In this document: one piece after another, positions 1-10,410 of the stretch | How positions within the stretch are numbered: position 1 is the first letter of the stretch | How the letters are laid out: each line of letters begins with the position of its first letter | Source of the DNA: Glycera tridactyla | Lineage: Eukaryota | Reading direction: 5' to 3' | DNA: 64,000 bases | Assembly (NCBI GenBank): GCA_965644265.1 | Contig: OZ286459.1 | Coordinates: 73,656,001-73,720,000 of the forward strand | Made by a program: the position numbers and the translations under genes | Notes under the pieces: model-generated | What the model was told of the DNA's origin: nothing | Database searches by the model: none | The model's input: the letters and a program-made list of their open reading frames with translations, nothing else

Positions 1-265
1 GGTTAAATGCCAGATTGGAACAAATAGAGTTTTTATTCTACATAATTTAATTTCTGTATTGAAATGCATGTCTAACATCACAAATGGAGCATTTTCTATA
101 TTATCCTTGTCCTTATCATAAAAGTCAGATTTGAGCCCTGTGTTAAGGAATATGAAGATAACTCATTTTTGTTTGAAAATCCATTGGATGGAATCAATGG
201 TTGATCCACTTTTGATTTTTTGATGACAGGGGCATTGTGTCCTCCACATGACCTCCACAGGATAA

Positions 266-470
266 TTATACCCCTGCCCAAATGGAGTTTGGAAGGGGTA
301 TATTGGAGTCACTCTGTTGGTTGATTGGTGGTTGGTCTGTCTGCAATAGATTGTCCTGTGAGCTTCTTCCACATTTCTCAAGCTATTGGATTAAGACTTG
401 ATGTATGTCATCACCATGAAGTGTAGATTGATCCATCCATTTCAGAGTTATTCAAGAAAAAAAAAATTCG
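266..470 (+). mobile_element. Helentron/DINE-1-like non-autonomous element (5' part)
   Basis: Starts TTATACCCCT. Perfect 9-bp inverted repeat TATACCCCT (267-275) / AGGGGTATA (294-302), then a GTTG/GTCT tetranucleotide tract. This matches DINE-1/HINE architecture. Right end uncertain. Confidence 0.55.
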
Positions 471-694
471 TATTTGTGTGTTTGGTTGTATCTGTAAGTT
501 TGGATTTGTTTGAGACACATCGAAACTGACGAGGCCCATTGACAGTCTGGGTGGTGTAAGGCCTCTCACACTTCCCTTGACCCACTTCCCTTGACCTTTC
601 ATTGTCATATGAGATCTTGCGGTGATAGATATGCCTCTACTGTTCTTCTATATATGACTGTTGTCAATTCCTTTGCTCTTTCCACAAACACTTA

Positions 695-831
695 TACCCT
701 GTCTAGTAAGGCCACCCTGAGCTGTGACTGTGAGAATATTTTCAACAGTAAATGACCTCTATAAAAACCACCTGCCTATTAAAGCCACCTTTTGGTGTAA
801 CAAGAGGTGGCCTTCATAGACAGGTCAGCTG
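695..831 (+). mobile_element. Degenerate TA-MITE, family A
   Basis: Shares CTGAGCTGTGAC..TTTTCAACAGTAAATGACCTCT..ACCACCTGCC with 60954-61113. Ends CAGGTCAGCTG followed by TA. Confidence 0.6.
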
Positions 832-2149
832 TACTTTGGCCATATTGCATACATTCTCTGTGTCAATGTGGTGGCGGGGGAATTTTTAGTCACCTCTGTG
901 ACAAAGCTCTAGTTATATCTTTACAAGTGAATAAAACTTATCCCCATTCCCATGTTTTCCTTCAACATAGGAAATCATGATGTGTTTCTGCCTGATGTAA
1001 ATCACTCGATTGATGGTGTCAGCATATCCCGTTGCCAAAATCATGTGGATTTTCTCATGCAAGGTTCTCTCACACACCAAATGGCTTGTGTGTTTCTTGG
1101 TCATGCAGATGACAGAAAATAGTCAGTCTTGTTTGTCAAGGCTTTGCCTTGTTCATCACAATATTCAAGGTGAAAGCATTTGCAATATCAATTGCCTTCC
1201 TCTGAGGTAATAGGTGAAGCTAAAGTCATGTGTGATGCTTTTGAGTGAGGATGTAGATTGGTAGGTTTGGCAAATAGTCCATTGATACTTCCACTGTAAT
1301 TCATTTCTCAAAAAAAGTAGACTGGTACAGAAACAAGAGCATATTCCTGTCTCTGGAGGACTGAAATAAATAGACGGATTATATTGTTTTGATGGACTTT
1401 GTAAAAACAAAGCTGAGCCAATTGTGATTGTGCACGTATTGCATTACGCATCCCCAATCATCGAAAGCACGGTACCTTCTGGCTAGAGTTCATCATCAGA
1501 CCTGTAACCCTTGTTGAGATATCTTGAAATCTTTGTGGATGTAGCCAGGCTGCACTTTATCTCAATGTATTCAATGAATGTGAGGAGAGAGAGAGAGACA
1601 GAGAGAGGGGAAGGGAGAGAGTCTGGCTATATTGAGACAGTCACAGCCTACAAGAACAATTTTGGCATCCAAACTGGAAGAGAAAAACTTTGATGGGTTT
1701 GGGCGTCAAGATTCATATTCAATTGAGCAAAATCATATTTTCCATTTGAAGCATACAGTCAGAGAAGTGTGATAATTAGAGATATTTACAATATTTCCAG
1801 GTCTCTGTGTCATTGATGAGTTTTATATTTTCAATAGGATTACCTGATGAGTTGGCTTATGAGTTGGCTGAATCTGATTGTTGGTCATGAAACCTTCTTA
1901 TGACCCACATTACCAACACTGATTGCATTTGATATCCCCTGGGAAGTTATTACGCATGTTATCAAATAGTGTTCTCATAACTCATTGCATTTATAATTTT
2001 GTGTGGTTTTAGGTGATTCATGTCACCAAAATCAAACTTGGTGAGTAAATGTTTCCTATCTCTGACAGTAGATGGTTCATGGTAGGCAGTCATGGTACTT
2101 GAGCTTGATTGTTGATTGATATCTGCTACTCATAATGTGATATTCATAA

Positions 2150-2506
2150 CTCGACCAATAACTCAAAAAGTTTCTGGGCTGGCCTTTTCAAACTCGGTGT
2201 ACAGACTCTCGTAAGGTCTGGTAAGACACCTATCGATATTGGGGCAGCCATTTTGAATTTCATGGTCACTGAGTGCAAAAAGATCAAAACGGTTTCCGGA
2301 CAATAACTTCGAAAGTTTAAGGGCTAGCCTCCTCAAACTGCTTGTACAGACTCTCCTAAGCTATGGCTTTTGGGTTGGTCATCTTGAATTCCAATTTCAT
2401 TGAGTGTGAATAGGTATCAATTTTGTTCTGTTTCACTTCTCTCATTCAATCTTCTTGTGACAAGCATGCACTCAGCGGGTCATTCGCACGCACTGAGTGC
2501 ATCTAG
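2150..2506 (+). mobile_element. Helitron/Helentron-like element 3' part with ~145-bp internal tandem units
   Basis: Two diverged units start CAATAACT at 2156 and 2301 (145 bp apart). Terminal 10-bp hairpin ATGCACTCAG (2466-2475) / CTGAGTGCAT (2493-2502) is followed directly by CTAG (2503-2506), the Helitron-type 3' end. Confidence 0.6.
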
Positions 2507-3332
2507 TTTATTATATTTTGATTATTATTGGAATGTTTGTCCTTAGAATGCATGATGATGCTGAGATCCTCATCATTGTGGATCACAGGTATTGTACAGT
2601 GTTTGAGGTGGATAATCACCTCCATGCCACATGCTCTGTACTATACCATTGCAATCAAGTTGAGATTTTCATGTACTTTTATGGCACCCTCCTCTGTAGG
2701 AATGGTTCACATGGTTATAGCTTTGAGAATGACGGAAGGATTATGAGATAACGATTTCTGTGAGGTTGATCACCCCAAATGTCACCGAAAATTTTGAGTT
2801 TATCATGCAACAGAATGTAATCCATGGACACAGTCATCTTGATGATTTGACTACAGGTTCTTCCTGGGTAAGTATATTTACAGTAAACACTTATTCATCA
2901 TCATTTTATCATCACATTGATGCTGGGACACGTTGATGAATGTGGGTGAAAGTTGATGAAAGTCACTAAAAATGAACAAAGTTGCTAAAAAAATCATGCC
3001 CGGGTTTGCTTAAGAGTGCATCACAGTACATGGACATGCAGGACTTGTGTGATCACCATTATCACCAGTGGCTATTGAAAATCCAGAAGGCTGAAAAGAG
3101 CAAATAAATCGCTGAGTGGAAATTCCACAGTGTGATTGTGAGAAAAGAATTTCAGCACCAATTCTGCTGCACCATTATTTCTTTTAGTAGAAACCTGTGG
3201 ATACAACTTCTTGCATTTAAGCAGCACTGGACAGCATTCCAATATGGAATTTGGTATACATTGTCATTTTGGCTGCAAGAAAATTTGTAGCCAGGCAAGT
3301 AGTCATATTCACTAGAGGGAATTTTACTACAG

Positions 3333-3445
3333 GGCCAACTTAATTCAATTTGATTCAATTCAATATAACTTTATTTAACCTCGTGTATCTTATCTAACAG
3401 TATATACATGGACTGCAGTTAGCTCACAGAGCTTTATCCAACAGC
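3333..3445. repeat. Left arm of 113-bp inverted repeat (partner 4943-5055)
   Basis: Reverse complement of 4943-5055 with 5 mismatches in 113 bp. Confidence 0.9.
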
Positions 3446-3780
3446 CACGAGTTAGAATTTCTTAACTACAATGGTTAATCACATGATGAAATATATAATA
3501 GTACATTCCAGTTTTGAACATTCATAATCATATATCCATTTTGAATCTGGGTGATTCAAGGAGCAAAATGGGTGAGGTTCACAATTATCTGTTCATTATG
3601 TTGATCCATATGATTAGCTTCAGTATTTATGGGTCACCTCCTGTAATATGGTGCTAAACATTATTTATTTGGTGATATGGATTTTATGTTGTCATGACCC
3701 CCAGGCTTATGCACCTACTCTTATTAGATGGGCCACAGGCATACTTTGAGGCATAATGCAGTGTATTATATAGGGACCAC

Positions 3781-4352
3781 ATGCTAACACCACCACCACC
3801 ATCACCTCCACTGCCACCATTATTGCTGCTGTTCCAATTGCCCCACCGATGCCCAACCACATCCAATGCACCACCACCACCACTACTACCACTACTATTA
3901 CAATCACTACTAAGGCTGGGACGATTCACCGAAATTTCGATAATATCAATCGTTTGCAAAAAAAACAATTGTTTCGAAACTAGGAGGAGTGTTTCGAAGT
4001 GTTTCGAAATACAAAGAAACATGGCTGATGAGTACTCACAAATGCCAGTGAATACAGAAGGTGCACCTTGTTTTAAAAAACCTATTGCGGAGAGCCCGGA
4101 TGATGGAGATTTGATGAACTTTTTACTAGAAATGCCTTTATATTCGATAGTGATTGGCAGTATTTCAAGGCCACCAAAATATGGGTGGCTTCCTCATGTC
4201 ACTGGCAACAGGGAGGACCATGCCAGACTCCTGAGAGAGGGTTGCATGGCATTTTGTTTCGTCATACATTTCGTGAGGTGTATTTCTAGAAATGTTTCGT
4301 ATCGTGCCCGAAGTGTTTCATCCCAGCCCTAATCACTACCATCACCACCACC

Positions 4353-4384
<32 letters not shown>

Positions 4385-4400
4385 CAGCAACAGCACCATA
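3781..4400. repeat. CAC/CTA/CAA trinucleotide low-complexity tract interrupted by a hAT MITE
   Basis: (CCA)n, (CTA)n and (CAA)n runs on both sides of 3911-4331. Confidence 0.85.
3911..4331 (+). mobile_element. hAT-type MITE (421 bp), copy 1
   Basis: TIR consensus TAGGGCTGGGACGA. 8-bp TSD ATCACTAC (3903-3910, 4332-4339). Subterminal TTTCG repeats. Homologous end-to-end to 39990-40408. Confidence 0.92.
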
Positions 4401-4942
4401 AGCTATAGTCTGTCAAGCTTAATCGTGGTGGGAACGTTTTTTACCCTAGCATCGCAAATTCGCATCGGATTGAAATGAGACTCGCACAGAGACATTGTTG
4501 ACATCTCCGACAATTAGAAATATGATCATACAGACTTCAGTTGTTTATTTCACCTTAGAACGCAAAATATGTCGATTTCACGCTGTATCGTGGGGTGTGC
4601 GGTGGCCGTATCTTCACTGTTTCGCATACAAATAATCACCGATAATGGCGGCGGATTCACCAAAAAAATGCAATGAAATGATGGCGTAATCCTCGTTTAA
4701 AGCATGCAGACCTCCCGAAACTAGGTTCGATAATCGCCGGAAGATCTATACATCCCATTTGTGCCATTAGGAGTAACATCGGACAAGAATTGGCTAAGTT
4801 ATCATCTAAAACGTACCCGCCTTATTTGGATTTAGCAGACTTTACAAGTACTGCAGTGAATCATGTGACAAGAGATAATCAAAACAAGGACCAACCCCTA
4901 AACAGAAACAACTCATTTGGAGCAGTTATTTCATTTGACATA

Positions 4943-5055
4943 GCTGTTGAATAAAGCTCTGTGAGCTAACTGCGGTCCATGTATATACTGTTATATAAGT
5001 TACACGAGGTTAAATAAAGTTATATTGAATTGAATTAAATTGAATTAAGTTGGCC
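4943..5055. repeat. Right arm of 113-bp inverted repeat (partner 3333-3445)
   Basis: Contains two AATAAA and an (AATTG)n-like tail ending GTTGGCC. Mirrors 3333-3445. Confidence 0.9.
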
Positions 5056-6400
5056 ACGCAATTTGGGATGCTCGCGATTCCTCCTTCATTGCCCGCGCTC
5101 CATTAGTATCGCTGTGCGAATGAAAACGCTAAATCCCGCGATCAAATTTAGCAAGTGCGCTGAAAAAATCGAGAAATATGCGGAAAACGTCTAGTTGTTC
5201 GGTCAAATTCGAACGATATTTGGCCATCTTGATTGAGAGATGCGCAACCTGCAGACGTGTGATTTGTAAATACGTCTTCTGCGGTATGTTGTTTTTGCAC
5301 CACGCGGCACGTAGTGAGATTAATGCGAAACTATCGGCAGCTTCGTTTTGGCGCAAAACTTTGAATGCCAGTATTGTGAACATGTCAGATTGACAAAGTA
5401 CCCAGTCAGTGCGTGGGGTCATTCCAATAATAGACAAACCTACTCAAACCAGCTTCCTACAAAGGCCACAGCTATTGTGTTGTACAGTTTAATGTCATGA
5501 TACCACCTCTAGATATTGAAAAAGGTTCCTGAAAATTGGAAATGAAGATTCCCCCTTCATAAGTCAGATCCCCTTCCTCTCAGAAGTCGGGGGGTGAGCA
5601 TCTCTGCCTAGACAAAATAGCTCAGATGAGAGACCATTTCAGGAATCGTGATCGACCGCGGCCCTGCGCCATTGTCGCATCAAACGAACGAAACCTGCGT
5701 GTTTTTGCAGTGTGCGCCCGCCGGGGCGCATGAAAATCACACAATCTGGCATGAAAACATCCAAAACTCACTGAAACTGGCAAAAATCCGGACCAAATCT
5801 GTCTATTTGGTGATATTTCACGGTTAAAAGAGATGTTTATTCCTCTTCATCTTGAGAAATTTCAAGATGGCGCCCAAATCCCGTGCGAGAGTATGATGAG
5901 ATTTCGGCCGGTCTAGTTCACGGACCATCCGTTAGATGTCGAATTTGTCGGTGCGCCACACTCCGCCATCTGACGCCTCGGACAGGAACCAGACTAACGA
6001 GGCAGGTGATCAGCCCAAAATGGCGGGATGCTCTCAAATGCTTATACCTCATGAATGTTTTCATCACGTTTATGGCGGAAATATTGTGATTTTCTCAAAA
6101 CCGACCATAAATTAAGAAAGTAGGGTAACTTTTCGCGCATTTGGTACTATTTATTGATACCCGGCTGTATTTATAGCATTTAGGGAGCGATTGAGAATCG
6201 TGAAGAACATCGTTCGAGTTTACCATGATTCGGGCACATAAATTCGGTGACAGTCGCATCAAATTTCACCTGATGCGCCGTTGGGCGCACATTTTTTTTC
6301 CAAAATTATCTCTGCCATTTCTTTTGAGTGACCACTGTGATATATCACATCATCTTCCATTACAGTCGTCCGTGTGACAGTCGATCATCGTTTCTCCACA
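5056..6400. other. CpG-rich block(s) of unknown nature (young transposon or promoter-like island)
   Basis: Visibly dense CG dinucleotides at ~5056-5420 and ~5640-6400 against CpG-poor flanks. AAGATGGCG at ~5865. No credible ORF or clear termini. Confidence 0.4.
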
Positions 6401-6617
6401 TATATATACCCAATATCATTTCTGTTCCTTTATATCTAATCCTTATATCTTGCACAATTACCTCTATACACCTTGATTTGCACCAATTGACATGATAAAG
6501 TCATTCTGTACATTTTGCCTGAAGAAAAGTATTGTGAGGGATACAGTTGCTTCGTTGGATTCTCGTAGCTGCATCTGTACACACAATCACATATGCATGC
6601 ACACACCCACATATGAA

Positions 6618-6618
6618 T

Positions 6619-6705
<87 letters not shown>

Positions 6706-6716
6706 TGCATGCATGC
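6618..6716. repeat. (GCAC)n tetranucleotide microsatellite
   Basis: About 21 perfect GCAC units grading into GCAT. Confidence 0.97.
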
Positions 6717-7829
6717 ACACATTCCTGTAATGTGGGAATGAGTACACAATCCACCTGATTCCACATCGAGATGATTTTGTTATGATACACTTTGCATAGG
6801 TAAGTGTTATTGATAGGGATTTGAACTCTCTTCATTAAGAATTCATTAGGTGGCCACTTAGTATGCAGATGGATGACAGGGCTGCTTCCATTCAGCCACT
6901 CCATGGTGAGGATAGTATAACCTAAAATAATAATGCCACACTTGTGATGGTAATTACATGCTAGAGGCCAAGAATTAATTGAAATTGCACTACTGATATC
7001 ATTAATAAGCAGACATTGCATCATACGGGTGGGGGGGGGGGGGGTTAGTCATATTTAGACCACCTGGTATCAGTCAACCTCAATACACAGCCTTCTTCTT
7101 GCCCTGTCAAACTGAATCTAGTTAGCAAGAATTGATTTAACCATACAACTAAAGCCCATCGACTATATGTAAAATGAATGCAGTCCTTTTTGCATCTGCT
7201 CTAGAACCAGAAATAGATGTTAGCCAATGGATATGAGAGTAGATATGTGATCATTTGATGTGGCAGTATTGAGAGACATTACAATAACAACAGTGAAACA
7301 ACAGGAAACAGGGAAGGAACAGGCAAGCCTAGTCGATCATGTAAACAACCAAGGAGGGAAACAGAAAACAGTAATACAGGGAGAAAGTAAGACTAGTTGA
7401 TTGATAGGTCACTTGATCGAGTAACAGCTGATCAAGAATATTAGTGAGCAGAGTTGTTTAACCCAAAATACTATTCATCATGGGCATCTATGGAACCAAT
7501 AGTAGATTAGTGAAGGAACAAACCATAAACATACATTTTTCAATTCGTTGATTCATTATTTATTCACCAATGTAAGTGAGGAGTTTACCCTCACATTCTA
7601 AAATTGACAGAATGATTAGAATCTCAAGAATAGATAGCAATAGGCAGTAGAGATACCAATATAATTGTTGGAATGGCAAAATAAAACCTGAGTATTATTC
7701 CTCAGCAGGGACAGAGAGAAATATTACATTAATTTTAGGATGGGTAATTTCATCAGTCTGCCTGCCTGATGGGCAGGTGAAAATCACATCTCACCTGTCC
7801 AAATGCTAGCTGGTGTAAAAGTTGATGTA

Positions 7830-7925
7830 GAGCTCTGGATTGGTATGAACCTAGGATGGTACCTGCTTCTAAGATCAGTCTCGTGAAACCATCAATAATT
7901 GGTGCTTGCCTAACCTCATCTGGTA
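7830..7925 (-). mobile_element. Probable RTE-like LINE ORF C-terminal remnant, copy 1
   Basis: Minus-strand peptide IIDGFTRLILEAGTI is paralogous to 10270-10410. Family call rests on resemblance only. Confidence 0.3.
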
Positions 7926-8876
7926 GATATATAGTGCCATCATCATCTAGCAACCACAGTACACTCTTTCATCTAAAATCTGATATCTTGTGCATTGCCT
8001 TGGTTGAGCGGTACCTTCAATATTACAATATGCTTGATATACATCCCTTCTCTCATGACTGATTGCATCACATTTCTGTTTTTGTACAGATATGATCAAA
8101 ATTTCTCACAGAAGTAAAATCTCCTTTCATTTAAGTTACTTGGAGCATTCTACCAGCTCTGTTTATTCCATTCTTGGTCCAGTGTACATCAGAAAACCCT
8201 CTGAAAACCCTAGAAAAGCATAAATTCAGTCTCACCAACAAAGTTTATTAATCTATTAGCTTTTGTTACATTAGAAATAGGTGAATTCTGGCCTGATGGA
8301 GAAATGGGGTGCTGCAAGCAGAAAGGCAACTTCGCTAACAGACATGAATCACTGTAATTCTAACTTGACAATGGAAGGACAGCACTGTATTTACTCTGAC
8401 CTCAGGGGATTATCTCTTCATCTAGTGCTTATGTATAGGTCAGAATATCAGGCTTTCCGTCTCCCAGGAGATGCTCCTGTTTCATGGAAAAGATTTCCAC
8501 TTGTTTCTCTTCAGTGGTCAGCGGTTTATTGTTGCCATGCAGTGTGGATTAATGTTTTCTTTTATTCCTAGTAAAACATCCTGAAATGGTACGGCATGTA
8601 GAGTTGATAGTCAACTGCCTCCCACTGAAAAGAGATGGTCATGAAATACCGAGGAAAGTATGCAATAAAGCTCACAAACCTCACAAAGGACACAGCTTTT
8701 CTTGAAGTAGCCTGTTTGTGAAGAGAGCAATTGATGACATCCAGGGCGAGCAATGGAGGTGGAGTTGGAGTCATATTTGGCAGATAACATACAATAATAC
8801 AATAATGATACATACAATAATACAATAATAATACTAACACATGAATACTTATAGGCCCATCAAGGGCCTGAGGTCA

Positions 8877-8912
8877 CTATATGTTATGTTATGTTATGTT
8901 ATGTTATGTTAC
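8877..8912. repeat. (TATGT)n pentanucleotide microsatellite
   Basis: About 6 tandem units. Confidence 0.9.
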
Positions 8913-10269
8913 ATTACACTGAGAAAGTCATCCATTGAACAGCTTTTGTTGATAATACGAGGATTTTAGGTGGTTGCTGAATATGAGAATAGAAGGGTTA
9001 GGGCAATCATTGCTAATGATGGGGGTATATAGGATCAGCTCATGTTTGTCAGGAAGTCTTACAAGAGTGGATGTCAAGAAGGTTACCATAGATACATCCT
9101 CTAATGGGGTCATAATGGATGCATGCCAAGGATTATCTCTCATAATGCCACAAGCAGCATTAGTTAAAGCACATATCAAATTTTGATGAAGTGAATCAAT
9201 ATAATGCCCATTTTCGCCATAGTCCGTCCTGCCCATAAAAAATCACCAGATCATGTATTGATATCTGGCCTGACTTTCTTTTGTTCACTATGTACAGATT
9301 CACCAGCCATATAATTCACTCTCTCAGCTTGAATATATATTGTTTTCAGCCACCCAAAAAAATAACATTTGATATTATATACAGCCACCCCAAAAACAAT
9401 TAATGATAAAACTTGCTTGGACAGTTTCAGGTAACATGTCTGAATCACAGTAAAACCTGTCAGAAGTGACCTATTTCAAGCAAGCTGGAACAAATCATGT
9501 TGAATCCCCGAAAACTGCTTTCAATGGCCAATGGTTTCCTCCTCATCCATGGGTGAAGGGTTCACTTATCCCATCATGATTCGCGTTGTGATGAATTCAG
9601 CACACCTTGAATCAATGATTCATTTAATCTGTCTGTTAATCATTCACTCAATGAATCAATCAGTCACATAGTTATTGGTTTTGTGGTATATGTAGTGCTC
9701 AAGATTTAGACGGACCATGATGGCACAAATTGGAGCAAGGTGAAATTTGCGGTCAGTGAGGTGGAGCTGGCTGGTATTGAGCTGGGGATGAATGGTGATT
9801 TGAATGCTAATAGATGCTGCATCTCCCCTTCTGGGATGACTCATCTGGCGCAGAGCTTCCGCCATCAATGGCCTTCATGGGAAATGAAAGATATCTGTGT
9901 GGAAGTTTGATTCATTTCAAAGTCATTTGCAGTGAACTTGATATCAGTTGCATTATCGTTTTTGGCTGCAGTCATTGATGAGATTGTGAAAAGCGTTTCC
10001 TAATGTTATTGATGAAGTTCACTCATTCAGATACTAAATTCATTATATCAATTGAATTCTTGGGTGACCTTGAGCCAATATGAAAGTGTGAATTTTAGTT
10101 GTTTACCACCTGGTATTCTTGACAAGTTCACCTGACGTCAAAATTACATCTTAGTTTTTTTGGAGACCTGTTTGGACTTGAGTATCTGCTCAACTTCCAA
10201 GAGAGAGTACACATCCCAGGATATAGAGTTGAAATGTACAAGCAAAGCATTCTACGAATTGACATCACT

Positions 10270-10410
10270 GCCTCTAGTCAAGTACTGATCCATTACATGA
10301 ATCTGTTTATTGGCACAGGTTCTGTTTTGGATGGTCAAACTTGCCCGAATGATACCTGCTTCTAAGATCTGTCTAGTGAAACCATCAATTATTTGAAACT
10401 TGCCGATCTT
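10270..10410 (-). mobile_element. Probable RTE-like LINE ORF C-terminal remnant, copy 2
   Basis: Minus-strand KFQIIDGFTRQILEAGIIR...IHVMDQ loosely resembles the RTE 'RQILEG..G.R.RGRP..WMD' tail. A 45-bp core is about 89% identical to 7856-7900. Confidence 0.3.

Noticed and set aside
2540-2700. Faint resemblance to a Gypsy integrase core (YH..NQVE..TL)
   Set aside because: Needs frameshifts and has too few conserved residues to support.
3781-4332. 183-aa ORF
   Set aside because: It is a trinucleotide tract read into a hAT MITE. The second MITE copy does not preserve the ORF.
6436-6764. Overlapping RACV/THAR repeat ORFs
   Set aside because: Translation of the (GCAC)n microsatellite.
8976-9030. 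ENRRVRAIIANDGG, like a Tc1 transposase C-terminus
   Set aside because: An isolated 14-residue resemblance with no DDE region or TIR nearby.
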